From an uncultured Gemmataceae bacterium (GTDB lineage Bacteria > Planctomycetota > Planctomycetia > Gemmatales > Gemmataceae): a stretch of DNA of 64,000 nucleotides. Positions 44,121 through 53,752 of the stretch are shown here, piece by piece (within the stretch, counting starts at the first letter, position 1; each line of letters starts with the position of its first letter). Both the position numbers and the translations under genes were made by a program. The stretch covers positions 128,001 to 192,000 of the forward strand of contig CAVVPN010000012.1 of the NCBI GenBank assembly GCA_963750165.1. The letters run 5' to 3'. The notes beneath the pieces are model-generated. The model saw only the letters and a list, made by a program, of their open reading frames with translations, made no database searches and was not told where the DNA came from.

Positions 44121-44222
44121 AACACCCCGGCAGCTAACATCGTCACGTAGGACGGCTCTCCAGAGCCGTCCCGACGGCTCTGGAGAGCCGTCCTACGTGA
44201 CGATGTTAGCCGCCAGGGTGTT
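44121..44222. repeat. ~100-bp palindrome: GTAGGACGGCTC REP core nested in different outer arms
   Basis: Core 44147-44196 has the same arms as 23988-24037; outer arms AACACCCCGGCAGCTAACATCGTCAC and GTGACGATGTTAGCCGCCAGGGTGTT; lies between convergent genes. Confidence 0.9.
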
Positions 44223-44704
44223 TATTTGGGAATGGCCTCGACGCGGAAGGCGCCGGACCAGGGCGTCGTCCAGTCAAGGCTGGTGATGCCGTGGCGCGTG
44301 GAGCCGGGGAAGCGGCCGGGCGGCACCACGATGGTCACCTTGACGGCGCTGGCCTCGCCGGACTTGAGCAGGCCGGCGTGGACGCAGGCGGTGCCGAGGT
44401 TGGAGTCGGAGGTGTAGACGTCGGTGCCCCACAGGGGGCCGACCTCGTTGCCGACCACCTGGAAGTAAAAGCCCTCCCCGATTCGCGCTTCCAGCCGGCG
44501 CAGGTCGTCGCCGATGTAGTCGCTCCAGTAGCCGCGCTCCACGAGGCGCTCAAGGTGCCGGGCGGTGAGCACGCCGCGCTCGCTAAAGTAGTCGATGAGC
44601 TGGTGGATGACTTTCACGGCACTGGCCCTCACGTTCACCCTGGGGAGATTTCGGACGGGCAGCCCGCGCCGCCGGCCCCGTTGACTTTCTACGGGACGAG
44701 TCAA
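44222..44704 (-). CDS. LCCL domain protein
   Basis: LWGTDVYTSDSNLGTACVHAGLL...FPGSTRHGITS; start uncertain. Confidence 0.8.
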   Translation of the reverse strand: MTRPVESQRGRRRGLPVRNLPRVNVRASAVKVIHQLIDYFSERGVLTARHLERLVERGYWSDYIGDDLRRLEARIGEGFYFQVVGNEVGPLWGTDVYTSDSNLGTACVHAGLLKSGEASAVKVTIVVPPGRFPGSTRHGITSLDWTTPWSGAFRVEAIPK

Positions 44705-45000
44705 GGGCCTTGCTGCCTTTCAACAGACGGGTTCACGCCGTCCCCCTCGCGGTGCGGCTCGGCGGGCGGCGGCGGCGGCTGGCAGAGCATGGCCTGCAAG
44801 CGCTGGGCAAACGCCGTGGGCAGCGGTGGCGGCGCGTGCCGCAGTTTGCTGCTCAGCTTGATAGTGATCCGATACGTCTCCAGGTAGACGACGCAGGGCG
44901 GACACCGGGCCAGGTGTTCGCGGATACGGGCACAGAAATCCTCGGGCAATTCGTTGTCGAGAAACTCCAGCAGCAGTTCGGTCAACTCATGGCAGTTCAT
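44701..45000 (-). CDS. zf-HC2 anti-sigma factor (soluble)
   Basis: MNC...LLEFLDNEL...HLARCPPC (HxxxCxxC); overlaps the sigma stop. Confidence 0.88.
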   Translation of the reverse strand: MNCHELTELLLEFLDNELPEDFCARIREHLARCPPCVVYLETYRITIKLSSKLRHAPPPLPTAFAQRLQAMLCQPPPPPAEPHREGDGVNPSVERQQGP

Positions 45001-45575
45001 GCCGTCACCTCCTCGAAGTGAGGCGCCAGCGCGTTCCGCATGAGCATGCGGCCGCGGTGCAGGCGGCTCTTGACGGCTGGCAAACTCAGGCCGAGCATGG
45101 TGCCGATCTCGGGGTTGGTCAGCCCCTCCACGTCGGCCAGCACGTACACGTCGCGGTAGATCTCCGGCAGCTGGGCGATGGCCCGTTCGATGATCTCCTG
45201 GCGTTCCTGGTCGAGCACCTGCTGGTCCGGCTCAATCGACCAGGGCCGGATCATTCCGTGCGGCCGCAGGTTGCCGTCGAGCTGATCGACCTCATCGTGG
45301 ACCTCGTGTTCGGCGCGGCGGGCGCGGCGAGCGCGGTGGGCCAGGGCGGCGTTGGCGGTGACGCGGTGCAGCCAGGTGCCGATGCCCGCCTCGCCGCGGA
45401 ACGTGTCCAGCTTGCGGACCACCTGCAACAGCACGTCCTGCGTCACGTCCTCGGCGTCGGCGTCGTTGCCGAGCATCCGCCGCGCCAGGGCGTACACGCG
45501 CGGGGCGTAGTCCCGGAAGATGGTTTCCGCGGTTGGGGGCGGCCCCGCGGTTTTCGGGTCGAGCACATTGGTCAT
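44997..45575 (-). CDS. ECF RNA polymerase sigma factor
   Basis: DAEDVTQDV, TWLHRVTAN, LADVEGL...VKSRLHRGR. Confidence 0.93.
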   Translation of the reverse strand: MTNVLDPKTAGPPPTAETIFRDYAPRVYALARRMLGNDADAEDVTQDVLLQVVRKLDTFRGEAGIGTWLHRVTANAALAHRARRARRAEHEVHDEVDQLDGNLRPHGMIRPWSIEPDQQVLDQERQEIIERAIAQLPEIYRDVYVLADVEGLTNPEIGTMLGLSLPAVKSRLHRGRMLMRNALAPHFEEVTA

Positions 45576-45844
45576 GAAACGGTCACCCCTTCTCCACGAT
45601 TCCAGTGGTCGGGCCTCAGTGGTCATTTTATATCCGCCTGTCAATCTTTGCATTCAAGGGAACAGAGACCAGCAGAAATGGGACAGGTGGGGGCGGACTC
45701 CTCGCCAGGCGGCAAAGTCCCCCCGTCTTCTGTTCCCTGTTCCCTGTTCTCTCTGCTGCCTTTGCCCTGCACGGCATCAGGCGCGATTGCCGAATATAGT
45801 TAGTGCCTACCGATCATGCCCTTGTTGACGAAAGGAGAAACAGG

Positions 45845-47752
45845 ATGGCGAAGGGACGCATCCTTGGCGGTCTGGCGGCGGGGCTGCTGCTGCTGGGCAC
45901 CGCCAACTACGCGGCGGCGCAGTCGGCGCCCCCGTCCGTGACCGACATGCTCAACTTCTGCAAACCCAGGCAGTCGAACGTCGTCTACAGCACACCGACG
46001 CCCGAGGAGCAAAAAACCTGCACCGTCAAGCCGGCGACCGGCGCCGCCGGCTGGGTGCTGCTGGACGGCCGCAACCGGCCGCTGCGCCGCTACGTCGCCA
46101 GCGGCCGGGATGGCAAAATCGACACCTGGAGCTATTACAAGGACGGCGTTGAGGTCTACCGCGACCTCGACACCAACAAGGACAACAAGCCCGACCAGAG
46201 CCGCTGGCTGAACACGGCCGGCACCAAATGGGGCATGGACTTCAATCAGGACGGCAAGATCGACGCCTGGCGGCTGATCTCCGCGGAGGAGGCTGCCCAG
46301 GAGGTGTTCCTGGCGGTGCAGACGCACGACTTCGCGCGGCTCAAGGCGCTGTTCCTGACCGATGCGGAGGCCAGCGCGCTCAAGCTGCCGCAGGCCGACC
46401 TCAACCGCATCCGCGACGCCCAGGCCAAGGCGGAGCAGAAGTTCAACGACACCATCCGCAAGGTGCCGCAGCTGACCGCCACCGCCAGTTTCGTGCGCGT
46501 CGAGAGCGCTCCGCCAACCTGCACGCCGATGGACGCCTACAACACCGTCCAGGACATCATCCGCTACACCGGTCGCTCCATCCTCTACGAGGGCGCCGAC
46601 AAGAAGCACGACTGGATTCAGACTGGCCCGATGATCCTGATCGGCTACTCGTGGAAACTGCTCGACGCTCCCGTCCCGGGCGACCTGGTCATCGATCCCA
46701 CCAACACCGGCGGCGTCATGGAGAAGGGCGACGACCTGGACCTGAAGGGCAACCCCGCACTGGCCGCGCTGGTCAAGAAGCTCTCCGAGCTGGACACCGT
46801 CTCCATGCCGCCGACTCAGGGCAAGAGCCCCGCGGTCGTCAAGCGCATGCTGGAGCGGGCCCAGGTGGTCGAGCAGATCCTGAGCCAGTCGCTCAAACCC
46901 GCCCCGCGTGAGGTCTTCATCAAGCAGCTGTCCGACAACCTCAGCTCCGCGGCCCAGGCCGGCGACGCGAACGCCCTGCAGCGCCTGGAGAGCCTGCGTG
47001 CCCAGCTCAGCAGCGCCCAGCCGAGCAGCCTGCTGACGGGCTATGTCACCTACCGGCGCCTCTGGGCCGAGTTCGCTCCGAAGATCGGTCCTGACGCGAA
47101 TCAGGCCGATCTGGCCAAGAACCAGCAGCTCTGGCTGGAGAACCTGAGCAAGTTCGTGCAAAACTTCCCCAAGGCGGAGGACACGCCGGAAGCCCTGATG
47201 CACCTGGCGATGGGCAGTGAGTTCGCCGGCAAGGAGGACGAGGCCAAGCGCTATTATCAGCAGCTGGTCGTGAACTTCCCGACGCACCCGGCGGTGGAGA
47301 AGGCCCGTGGGGCGGTGCGCCGCCTGGACGTGGTGGGCCAACCGTTGCAGCTGGCGGGCACGACCAACACCGGCGCTGCCTTCGACATCAGCAAGCTGGC
47401 CGGCAAGGCCGTGGTGGTCTACTACTGGGCCAGCTATTGTGACAACGTGTGCGTCGGCGAATTCGCCCGGCTCAAGCAGCTGCAGGCCAAGTACGGCGCC
47501 AGGGGCTTTGAAGTGGTGGCCGTCAACCTGGACGACCGCAAGGAGGACGCGGAGAAGTTCCTGGCGGCCAACCCGCTGCCGGCGACGCAGCTGTTCCCCA
47601 GCGGTCAACCGACCGGCCTGAACAATCCGCTGGCGACGCACTACGGCATCACCGGTCTGCCGATGCTGTTCCTGGTCGGCAAGGACGGCCGCGTCCTCAG
47701 CCGCACGCTGCAGATCGGCAATCTGGAAGATGCGTTGCAGAAGGCGCTGTAA
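45845..47752 (+). CDS. Secreted TPR plus TlpA/redoxin domain protein
   Basis: AAGGAG SD; signal peptide; DGKIDTW-type repeats; VVYYWASYCDNVC; YGITGLPMLFLVGKDG. Confidence 0.85.
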   Translation: MAKGRILGGLAAGLLLLGTANYAAAQSAPPSVTDMLNFCKPRQSNVVYSTPTPEEQKTCTVKPATGAAGWVLLDGRNRPLRRYVASGRDGKIDTWSYYKDGVEVYRDLDTNKDNKPDQSRWLNTAGTKWGMDFNQDGKIDAWRLISAEEAAQEVFLAVQTHDFARLKALFLTDAEASALKLPQADLNRIRDAQAKAEQKFNDTIRKVPQLTATASFVRVESAPPTCTPMDAYNTVQDIIRYTGRSILYEGADKKHDWIQTGPMILIGYSWKLLDAPVPGDLVIDPTNTGGVMEKGDDLDLKGNPALAALVKKLSELDTVSMPPTQGKSPAVVKRMLERAQVVEQILSQSLKPAPREVFIKQLSDNLSSAAQAGDANALQRLESLRAQLSSAQPSSLLTGYVTYRRLWAEFAPKIGPDANQADLAKNQQLWLENLSKFVQNFPKAEDTPEALMHLAMGSEFAGKEDEAKRYYQQLVVNFPTHPAVEKARGAVRRLDVVGQPLQLAGTTNTGAAFDISKLAGKAVVVYYWASYCDNVCVGEFARLKQLQAKYGARGFEVVAVNLDDRKEDAEKFLAANPLPATQLFPSGQPTGLNNPLATHYGITGLPMLFLVGKDGRVLSRTLQIGNLEDALQKAL

Positions 47753-47775
47753 GGGCCGCCTTCCCGGCAGAATAA

Positions 47776-47843
47776 GGCGCGCGGCGCGGCGTCAGCCCGC
47801 CGGTGCTTCAAAGCACCGGCGGGCTGACGCCGCGCCGCGCGCC
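47776..47843. repeat. Long perfect hairpin between convergent genes (REP-like or terminator)
   Basis: GGCGCGCGGCGCGGCGTCAGCCCGCCGGTGCTT-CA-AAGCACCGGCGGGCTGACGCCGCGCCGCGCGCC. Confidence 0.85.
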
Positions 47844-47855
47844 GTGGTTTCAAGG

Positions 47856-49589
47856 CTACTTCTTTTCCGGCGCGCCGCCGATGCCGGGCATGGCGCCGCC
47901 GATGGTGCCGCCGGCGGGCAGCGATGGTCGGAAATCCAGTGTCGCCCTGGACAGCGCGCTGGCCGGCCGACGATAACCGATCACCAACCCGAAATTCTCC
48001 GGCGAGATCACGAACAGGCCGCGCTCCACTGCTTCCTTGCGCAGCGCCAAAATGCTCTTGTTGACCTCGCGCATGCGCTCGGTCTGCTGCGCCTCGGGGA
48101 TGCCACCGAAGCCGTAGCCACGGATCAGGTAGTTCGTGCCCGGCTTGATGGCGCCGTAAATCTTGCCGTCGCGCAGGTCGATGTAGCAATCGACGGTGAT
48201 GCCCTGGGCCTTGAGCAGCTGGCGGAACTGGTCGAGGTCCTCGGCCTGGCCGGCCGGCGTCTGGCTGTCCTGGCCGTTCCAGTCGAGCACGCCCGCGAGG
48301 GCCACATGCGAACCCCAGGCCAGGTTGAACAGTAGATCGCCCTCCTTGATCGGGTTGCCGGCCTCGCGCACGATCTTGTTCGGCGATGGATCACCGAGGG
48401 AAATCTCACGGCCCTCGGCGTCGTACAGCGACGTGAGGCGTGCCTGCGACGTCTTGGGGCCAACCTGCACCACCTCGATGGTGCCCTTGAGCATTTTTTC
48501 CGCCTTGTTGTCCCAGCCGGCGCCGAAGACGTTGAAGGTCATCTGCGGTGTCAGGCCGTGCTCGGAGCCGCGGTCGATGAAAACGCGGTTGTCCTTCTCA
48601 TCGACGCGGATGATGCGGCCGCGCGGCCTATCCCAGAGCGGCTTGCCCTTGGAGATGTCCAGCAGCAGCGCATGCGGCATGCCGGAGTAGCCGGTCGGGC
48701 CGCCCGCCTTGTCCTCCTTGGCCTTGGTCGGCGGCGGCGGTGGCGGCGCGACCGCCACATTCACGCCCTGCTCCTGCAGTTTGGCCTGGAGCTTGTTGAT
48801 CTCCACGTCCTTCTTTTTCAGCTCGATCAGGTGCGTCGTGATGAGCGTCTGCTTTTCCTTCTGGAGCTTGTCGTTGTTCGCGTTGGCCGCCTTGATGTCA
48901 TCGAGATATTTTTCGGCCTGTTTCATCGCCTTGTCGTTGCCGTCGGCGATGTCCTTGAACATTTTCTTGCGGTCGCCGACGTACTGATTCTCGAACCCGC
49001 GCAGGCGCGCGTCGGAGGCGAGCTTGTCGGGGAGGTACTGCTTGGTGGCGATGCGGGCGTCGTCCCGTTCCTTCGTGAGCTTGACGGTCAGGTCGCGGTA
49101 GGTGGTCTTGTACATGGAGGCGGGGTCGTCCCAACCGAGGTCGTCCTGGCTCTGCTTGATGAGCGCCCGAAGCTTCTTGATGTGCTGCTCATCCGCGGTC
49201 AGCTCGCCCTTCTTTTCGCCGTCGCCCTCCGGGCCGCCGCCCTCTTTCTTGCGGACTTCCGCGTAGCGCTCATCCAGGAACTTCAGGAAGTCCTTGTAGG
49301 ACCGATATTCTTCGGTGGTGTTGTCCTTGAAGGTTTCGTCGCCCATCATGGCGCGCCAGGCATAACCGACGCCCTTGGCGAAGTTGAGGTCGTTTTCCAG
49401 CCCTTTATTGATGTTCTCGACCTTCTGGACCTGCTCGGAGGCCTTGTAGCGCTCGTTGAACATCGAGTAGACCCAGCCCCCCAGGCCGGCGGTGGTCAGG
49501 AAGAACAGCACGACCAGGATGACCAGAAACGGATTGGGACGAGATGGATCGCCTTGTTGACGGCTGGAGGAACGGGTACGACGCGCCAT
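47856..49589 (-). CDS. Membrane-anchored coiled-coil protein with C-terminal beta and BRCT-like domains
   Basis: N-terminal TM; long coiled coil; Pro linker; RGRIIRVD...VFIDRGSEHGL; GTNYLIRG...EAVERGLFVISPENF. Confidence 0.7.
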   Translation of the reverse strand: MARRTRSSSRQQGDPSRPNPFLVILVVLFFLTTAGLGGWVYSMFNERYKASEQVQKVENINKGLENDLNFAKGVGYAWRAMMGDETFKDNTTEEYRSYKDFLKFLDERYAEVRKKEGGGPEGDGEKKGELTADEQHIKKLRALIKQSQDDLGWDDPASMYKTTYRDLTVKLTKERDDARIATKQYLPDKLASDARLRGFENQYVGDRKKMFKDIADGNDKAMKQAEKYLDDIKAANANNDKLQKEKQTLITTHLIELKKKDVEINKLQAKLQEQGVNVAVAPPPPPPTKAKEDKAGGPTGYSGMPHALLLDISKGKPLWDRPRGRIIRVDEKDNRVFIDRGSEHGLTPQMTFNVFGAGWDNKAEKMLKGTIEVVQVGPKTSQARLTSLYDAEGREISLGDPSPNKIVREAGNPIKEGDLLFNLAWGSHVALAGVLDWNGQDSQTPAGQAEDLDQFRQLLKAQGITVDCYIDLRDGKIYGAIKPGTNYLIRGYGFGGIPEAQQTERMREVNKSILALRKEAVERGLFVISPENFGLVIGYRRPASALSRATLDFRPSLPAGGTIGGAMPGIGGAPEKK

Positions 49590-49781
49590 GGATTGCCCTC
49601 ATCGGATGGAACGCGGCCGGAGCGGCCGAGTGCGGACAGGGAGAACGTGGGCCGGCACGGCTCCTCGGCCCCTTCTACCCAGTGTAAAGGTTGGGGCAAC
49701 CCTGTCAATGAATTTGGCGGCGTAAACGGCGGCCGCTGTGCCGGCCAGGCGCGGGGCGGCGCCTGTAGCGAAAACGCCGCT

Positions 49782-49845
49782 TCGGAAGGAGGAAGGAGGA
49801 AGGAGGAATTGTCTTCCCTTCAGCCTTCCTCCTTCCTCCTTCCAG
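49782..49845. repeat. Heptamer-repeat hairpin (GGAAGGA)n/(TCCTTCC)n
   Basis: Seen directly; a similar (CTGTTCC)n tract lies at ~45657-45752. Confidence 0.75.
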
Positions 49846-49851
49846 AGGGGA

Positions 49852-50673
49852 TTACTTACCGATCTTCCACAAAAACAGATGGTGCTCTTCGCCTTCGGGG
49901 TCGAGGACGGTGATCATTTTCTCAGGCTTCCAGTCGCCCATCTTGAAGTCGTGCGAGACGATGCGGGAGCCGGCCTTGAGGGATTTCTTGAGGATCGGCA
50001 TCAGTCGCAGGTTGACGTCCTCACCCATGTAGAGCATGACCACGCTGGCATCGCCGAGGTCCTTGATGTCGAGCACGTCTTGCTTGCGGAAGCTGACGCG
50101 GTCGCTGACGCCGGCCTTCTCGGCGTTGTCCTTCGAGAGCTGGACAAGATCGCCGTTGAGATCGACACCGACGCCGCGTTTGGCCTTGAAGTCCTTGACG
50201 GCGGTAATGACAATGCGACCGTCGCCGCAGCCGAGGTCGTAAACCACATCGTCCTTGGTGACTTTGCCCAGTTTGCACATGGCCTCGACGACGTTTTCGG
50301 GGGTGGGCACGAAGCGGATCTTGAAGCGGTCGGGGTGCCTGTCGTCTTTCTTGCGCAGGTCCACCACGACTTCCTCGCCGGCGCGGACGAACACCTTGCG
50401 GGTGCGGAAGACGGTGGTGTAGTTGTTGGGCTCCCATGAGGCGGTGATGGTGTAGGCGAAGGTATAGCGCGGGTCCAGCGGCGGCGAGACGAACTCGCGC
50501 TTCACGCCGGTCTGTTTGGTCGGCCGGCCATCGACCTTCAGTTCGGCGTCCTCTTCCGGCAACAGGATTCGCAGGTACGCCGGTTTTTCCTCGCCGGGCT
50601 GCTGGCCGTTGACCGGGTGGAGCAGCGTCAGGCTGCCCAGGGCACACACCAGGGCGAACACTCTGCGCGTCAT
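49852..50673 (-). CDS. TIGR03000 domain fused to a class I SAM methyltransferase
   Basis: Signal-like N-terminus; DAELKVDGRPTKQTGVKREFVSPPL; FVPTP; VYDLGCGDGR; RIVSHDF. Confidence 0.88.
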   Translation of the reverse strand: MTRRVFALVCALGSLTLLHPVNGQQPGEEKPAYLRILLPEEDAELKVDGRPTKQTGVKREFVSPPLDPRYTFAYTITASWEPNNYTTVFRTRKVFVRAGEEVVVDLRKKDDRHPDRFKIRFVPTPENVVEAMCKLGKVTKDDVVYDLGCGDGRIVITAVKDFKAKRGVGVDLNGDLVQLSKDNAEKAGVSDRVSFRKQDVLDIKDLGDASVVMLYMGEDVNLRLMPILKKSLKAGSRIVSHDFKMGDWKPEKMITVLDPEGEEHHLFLWKIGK

Positions 50674-50918
50674 TGGCAAGATCCTCACGAAGGTGGCAAT
50701 GGTGTCGTCACGGCGGTGGGCCCCGCCAACGGCCCCATTGTCACCGGCGCCCGCGGCGATGACAAGCAGGGACTGGTCATTTCAATTTAGTTTTAATCTG
50801 ACCGTCACGGATATTGGGGCGTGGGGGGAAGGGGAAGGTCAGGGCCGCTCGTCACGCCACCCGCCAGTCCGGCGTGCAGTTACTGGCCGATTGAGGGAAC
50901 CGTCCTGGTCTGCCAGCG

Positions 50919-50935
50919 CTGGCACCCGGTTTGCT
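50919..50935 (+). promoter_or_regulatory. Sigma54 (-24/-12) promoter
   Basis: CTGGCACCCGGTTTGCT matches TGGCAC-N5-TTGC; followed by GGAGG SD and ATG 50957. Confidence 0.85.
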
Positions 50936-50956
50936 AACATTCCGGAGGAGGTGACC

Positions 50957-52324
50957 ATGACTCCGCGCTGGGCGTTTCGCTTGCAAGTGGGCCTGGTCCT
51001 CGTGCTGTTCCTCGGGGCGCTGGGAGTCCTGCTGGGCAACCCGATCACGATCCTGTTGCTGCCGGACCAGGAAGCCGCCGCCAGGGCGCGACTTCGCGCG
51101 GCCTGTCAACGTCTGGCCGAGGTCGTCGCGTCCGGCGAACCGGTGCGCGACGGGGCCGACTGGGACGCCCGCAATCGCCGACTCGCCGACGCCGCCCACC
51201 GAGTTTTGCTGGATTTTCCAGGGGTAGAGGGGGGCTATTACCTGGCGCAGGGCGACCGCTTTGCCGGTTACGCCTTCCCGAGCCGCGGCCACAGACTCCT
51301 GAGCGACCGCACGGATCCGCCACCGCTGGAGGCCCCCTACCTCCGCCTTCAGGCCCGGCAGAGTCTCGTTCAAAGCCCAGGGGACTGCGTTCTCAGCGTA
51401 CAGGACATCGGCCCCAGCCGGGTGGTCCTGGTCACGGAGGCGGTCGGGGATGCTCGCCCCGCCCGCGTGGCGGCCTGGGCCCTGTACCGCCTGAGCGGCC
51501 CCGAGCAACTGGAAATCCAGGCCAGACGCTACGCCGCCTCGACCGCCCTGGCCCTGGGCGGCATCTGCCTGGCGTTGCTGCTCACCTGGAACCTCGGCCG
51601 CCGTCTGGCGCGGCAGCGCCGGGAGCAGGAGCTGCTGCGCGACGAGTTGCGGCGCGCCGAACACCTGGCGGGCCTCGGCAAGCTGCTGGCCGGCGTCGCC
51701 CACGAGGTCCGCAATCCTCTGGCTGGCATCCGCTCGACGGCCCAGCTCTGGCAGCGCCTGCCCGAGGCACGCACCGCCGCCTCCGTGGACGCCCTGGTCG
51801 GCGCGGTGGACCGCCTGAACGCCATCGTCACGCGGCTGCTGCAATTCTCGCGGGCCGAGCTCGCGGAGCGGCGGCCGGTGGACCTCAACCGCGTCGCCGG
51901 CGAGTGCCTGGACCTGCTGCAGGCGCGGGCCGCTGAGCAGGGCGTGACCCTGGAACGCGACCTGGCCGCCGACCTGCCGTGCGTGTCCGGCTCAGCGGTC
52001 GCGCTGCACCAACTGGTGCTTAACCTGCTCACCAACGCCCTGCAGACCATGCCCGGCGGCGGTCGTTTGCACTGCGCCACCCGCCGGCTGCCGCGCGGCG
52101 GCGTGGCCCTGCGTGTGGCGGACACCGGCCCCGGCATCGACGCGGATGCCCGGCGCCACCTGTTCGAGCCGTTCTTCACGACCCGGCCCGAGGGCACCGG
52201 CCTGGGCCTGGCCCTGTGCCGTGAGGTCGCCCTGGCCCACGGGGGCGTCGTCGAACTGGAAGAGACCGCGCCTGGTGGAACCACCTTCCGGGTGGAACTG
52301 CCCGAGTCCCGCCCCGAACCCTGA
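50957..52324 (+). CDS. Sensor histidine kinase (NtrB/ZraS/AtoS-like)
   Basis: Two TMs; AGVAHEVRNPL; NLLTNA; DTGPG; EPFFTT...GTGLGL. Confidence 0.93.
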   Translation: MTPRWAFRLQVGLVLVLFLGALGVLLGNPITILLLPDQEAAARARLRAACQRLAEVVASGEPVRDGADWDARNRRLADAAHRVLLDFPGVEGGYYLAQGDRFAGYAFPSRGHRLLSDRTDPPPLEAPYLRLQARQSLVQSPGDCVLSVQDIGPSRVVLVTEAVGDARPARVAAWALYRLSGPEQLEIQARRYAASTALALGGICLALLLTWNLGRRLARQRREQELLRDELRRAEHLAGLGKLLAGVAHEVRNPLAGIRSTAQLWQRLPEARTAASVDALVGAVDRLNAIVTRLLQFSRAELAERRPVDLNRVAGECLDLLQARAAEQGVTLERDLAADLPCVSGSAVALHQLVLNLLTNALQTMPGGGRLHCATRRLPRGGVALRVADTGPGIDADARRHLFEPFFTTRPEGTGLGLALCREVALAHGGVVELEETAPGGTTFRVELPESRPEP

Positions 52325-52342
52325 ACGCACCCGAGAGAGGAC

Positions 52343-53752
52343 GTGGCCATGAGTCCCACTGGTCGTCTGCCGACGGTCCTGGTCGCCGACGACGACGCCG
52401 TCATCCGTGCCAACCTGACCCTGCTGCTGCGCTCCGAGGGCTACGCCGTTCGTGAGGCTGCCGACGGCGTGCAGGCCACCGCCCGGGCCGACGGCGCCGC
52501 CCTCGTGCTGCTCGACCTGCGCATGCCCGGCCGCGGCGGCATGGACTTGCTGCGCGACTGGCAGGACCGCCTGGAGGAGCGGCCCGTCATCGTCATCACC
52601 GCGCTGGGCGGCAGCGCCGCCGCGATTGAGGCCATAAAGCTCGGCGCCTACGACTACATCACCAAGCCGTTCGACCTCGACGAGGTGCTGTTCACGGTGC
52701 GGCGGGCGCTGACGCAGAAGAGCCTGGTGGCCCAGGTGCAGGCCCTGTCCGACTCCGCCGCGGCCGCCGCCGGGCCGACCGAGGAGGACGAGTTGGTCGG
52801 CCACACGCCGGGGATGGTGCAGGTGTTCAAGACCATCGGCCTGGTCGCCGCCGCCGCCGAGCCAGTGCTGATCCTGGGCGAAAGCGGCACCGGCAAGGAA
52901 CTCGTCGCCGCCGCGGTCCACCGCAATTCGCCGCGTGCTGGCCGGCCGTTCGTCAAGGTGAACTGCGCCGCGCTCAGCCCGGCCCTGCTGGAGAGCGAGC
53001 TGTTCGGCCACGAAAAGGGTGCCTTCACCGGGGCGGTCGCCCGCCGCACCGGCCGCTTCGAGCAGGCCGATGCCGGCACACTGTTCCTGGATGAGGTCGG
53101 CGAGCTGGACGTGGATTTACAGGCAAAACTGCTGCGCGCGCTGCAAACGGGGACGTTCGAGCGCGTCGGCGGCAACGAGACGCTGCGGGTCGATGTCCGC
53201 GTGCTGGCGGCGACGCACCGTAATCTACTGGAGCGCATCGCCGAGGGCCGTTTCCGCGAGGATCTGTATTACCGCCTGAACGTGGTGGCGGTCGAGCTGC
53301 CGCCGCTGCGGGCGCGGCGCGACGACATCCCGCTGCTGGCCGAGCACATCCTGCGGCGGTTGGCCCACAAGTACCACTGGCCGCAGCTGGCCTTGTCGCC
53401 CGAGGCGTTGCGCGAGTTGTGCCAGCGGCCCTGGCCCGGCAACGTCCGCGAGCTGCAGAACGTGCTGGCGCGGGCGGCTATCCTGGTGCGCGGCCGCATC
53501 ATCCTGCCCGCAGACCTGCAGCCGGCCGCGGCGCCGCCAGGCGCCCCCGCGGTCGAAGTACCCGGCACGCCGTCGCTGAACCTCAGGGAAATCCTGGCCG
53601 AAACGGAGCGGCGCGTCATCCAGCAGGCGCTGGCGCAGGAACGCTGGAACCGCACCCGCACCGCCCAGGTGCTGGGCATCAGCCGTCGGCAGCTGTTCGA
53701 CAAGATCCGCCAGTACGGGTTGCAGGCTCACGAGCACTTTGAGGACCGCTGA
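52343..53752 (+). CDS. Sigma54-dependent response regulator (REC-AAA+-Fis HTH)
   Basis: VADDD, DLRMP, KPF; GESGTGKE; ESELFGHEKGAFTGA; WPGNVREL. Confidence 0.96.
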   Translation: MAMSPTGRLPTVLVADDDAVIRANLTLLLRSEGYAVREAADGVQATARADGAALVLLDLRMPGRGGMDLLRDWQDRLEERPVIVITALGGSAAAIEAIKLGAYDYITKPFDLDEVLFTVRRALTQKSLVAQVQALSDSAAAAAGPTEEDELVGHTPGMVQVFKTIGLVAAAAEPVLILGESGTGKELVAAAVHRNSPRAGRPFVKVNCAALSPALLESELFGHEKGAFTGAVARRTGRFEQADAGTLFLDEVGELDVDLQAKLLRALQTGTFERVGGNETLRVDVRVLAATHRNLLERIAEGRFREDLYYRLNVVAVELPPLRARRDDIPLLAEHILRRLAHKYHWPQLALSPEALRELCQRPWPGNVRELQNVLARAAILVRGRIILPADLQPAAAPPGAPAVEVPGTPSLNLREILAETERRVIQQALAQERWNRTRTAQVLGISRRQLFDKIRQYGLQAHEHFEDR

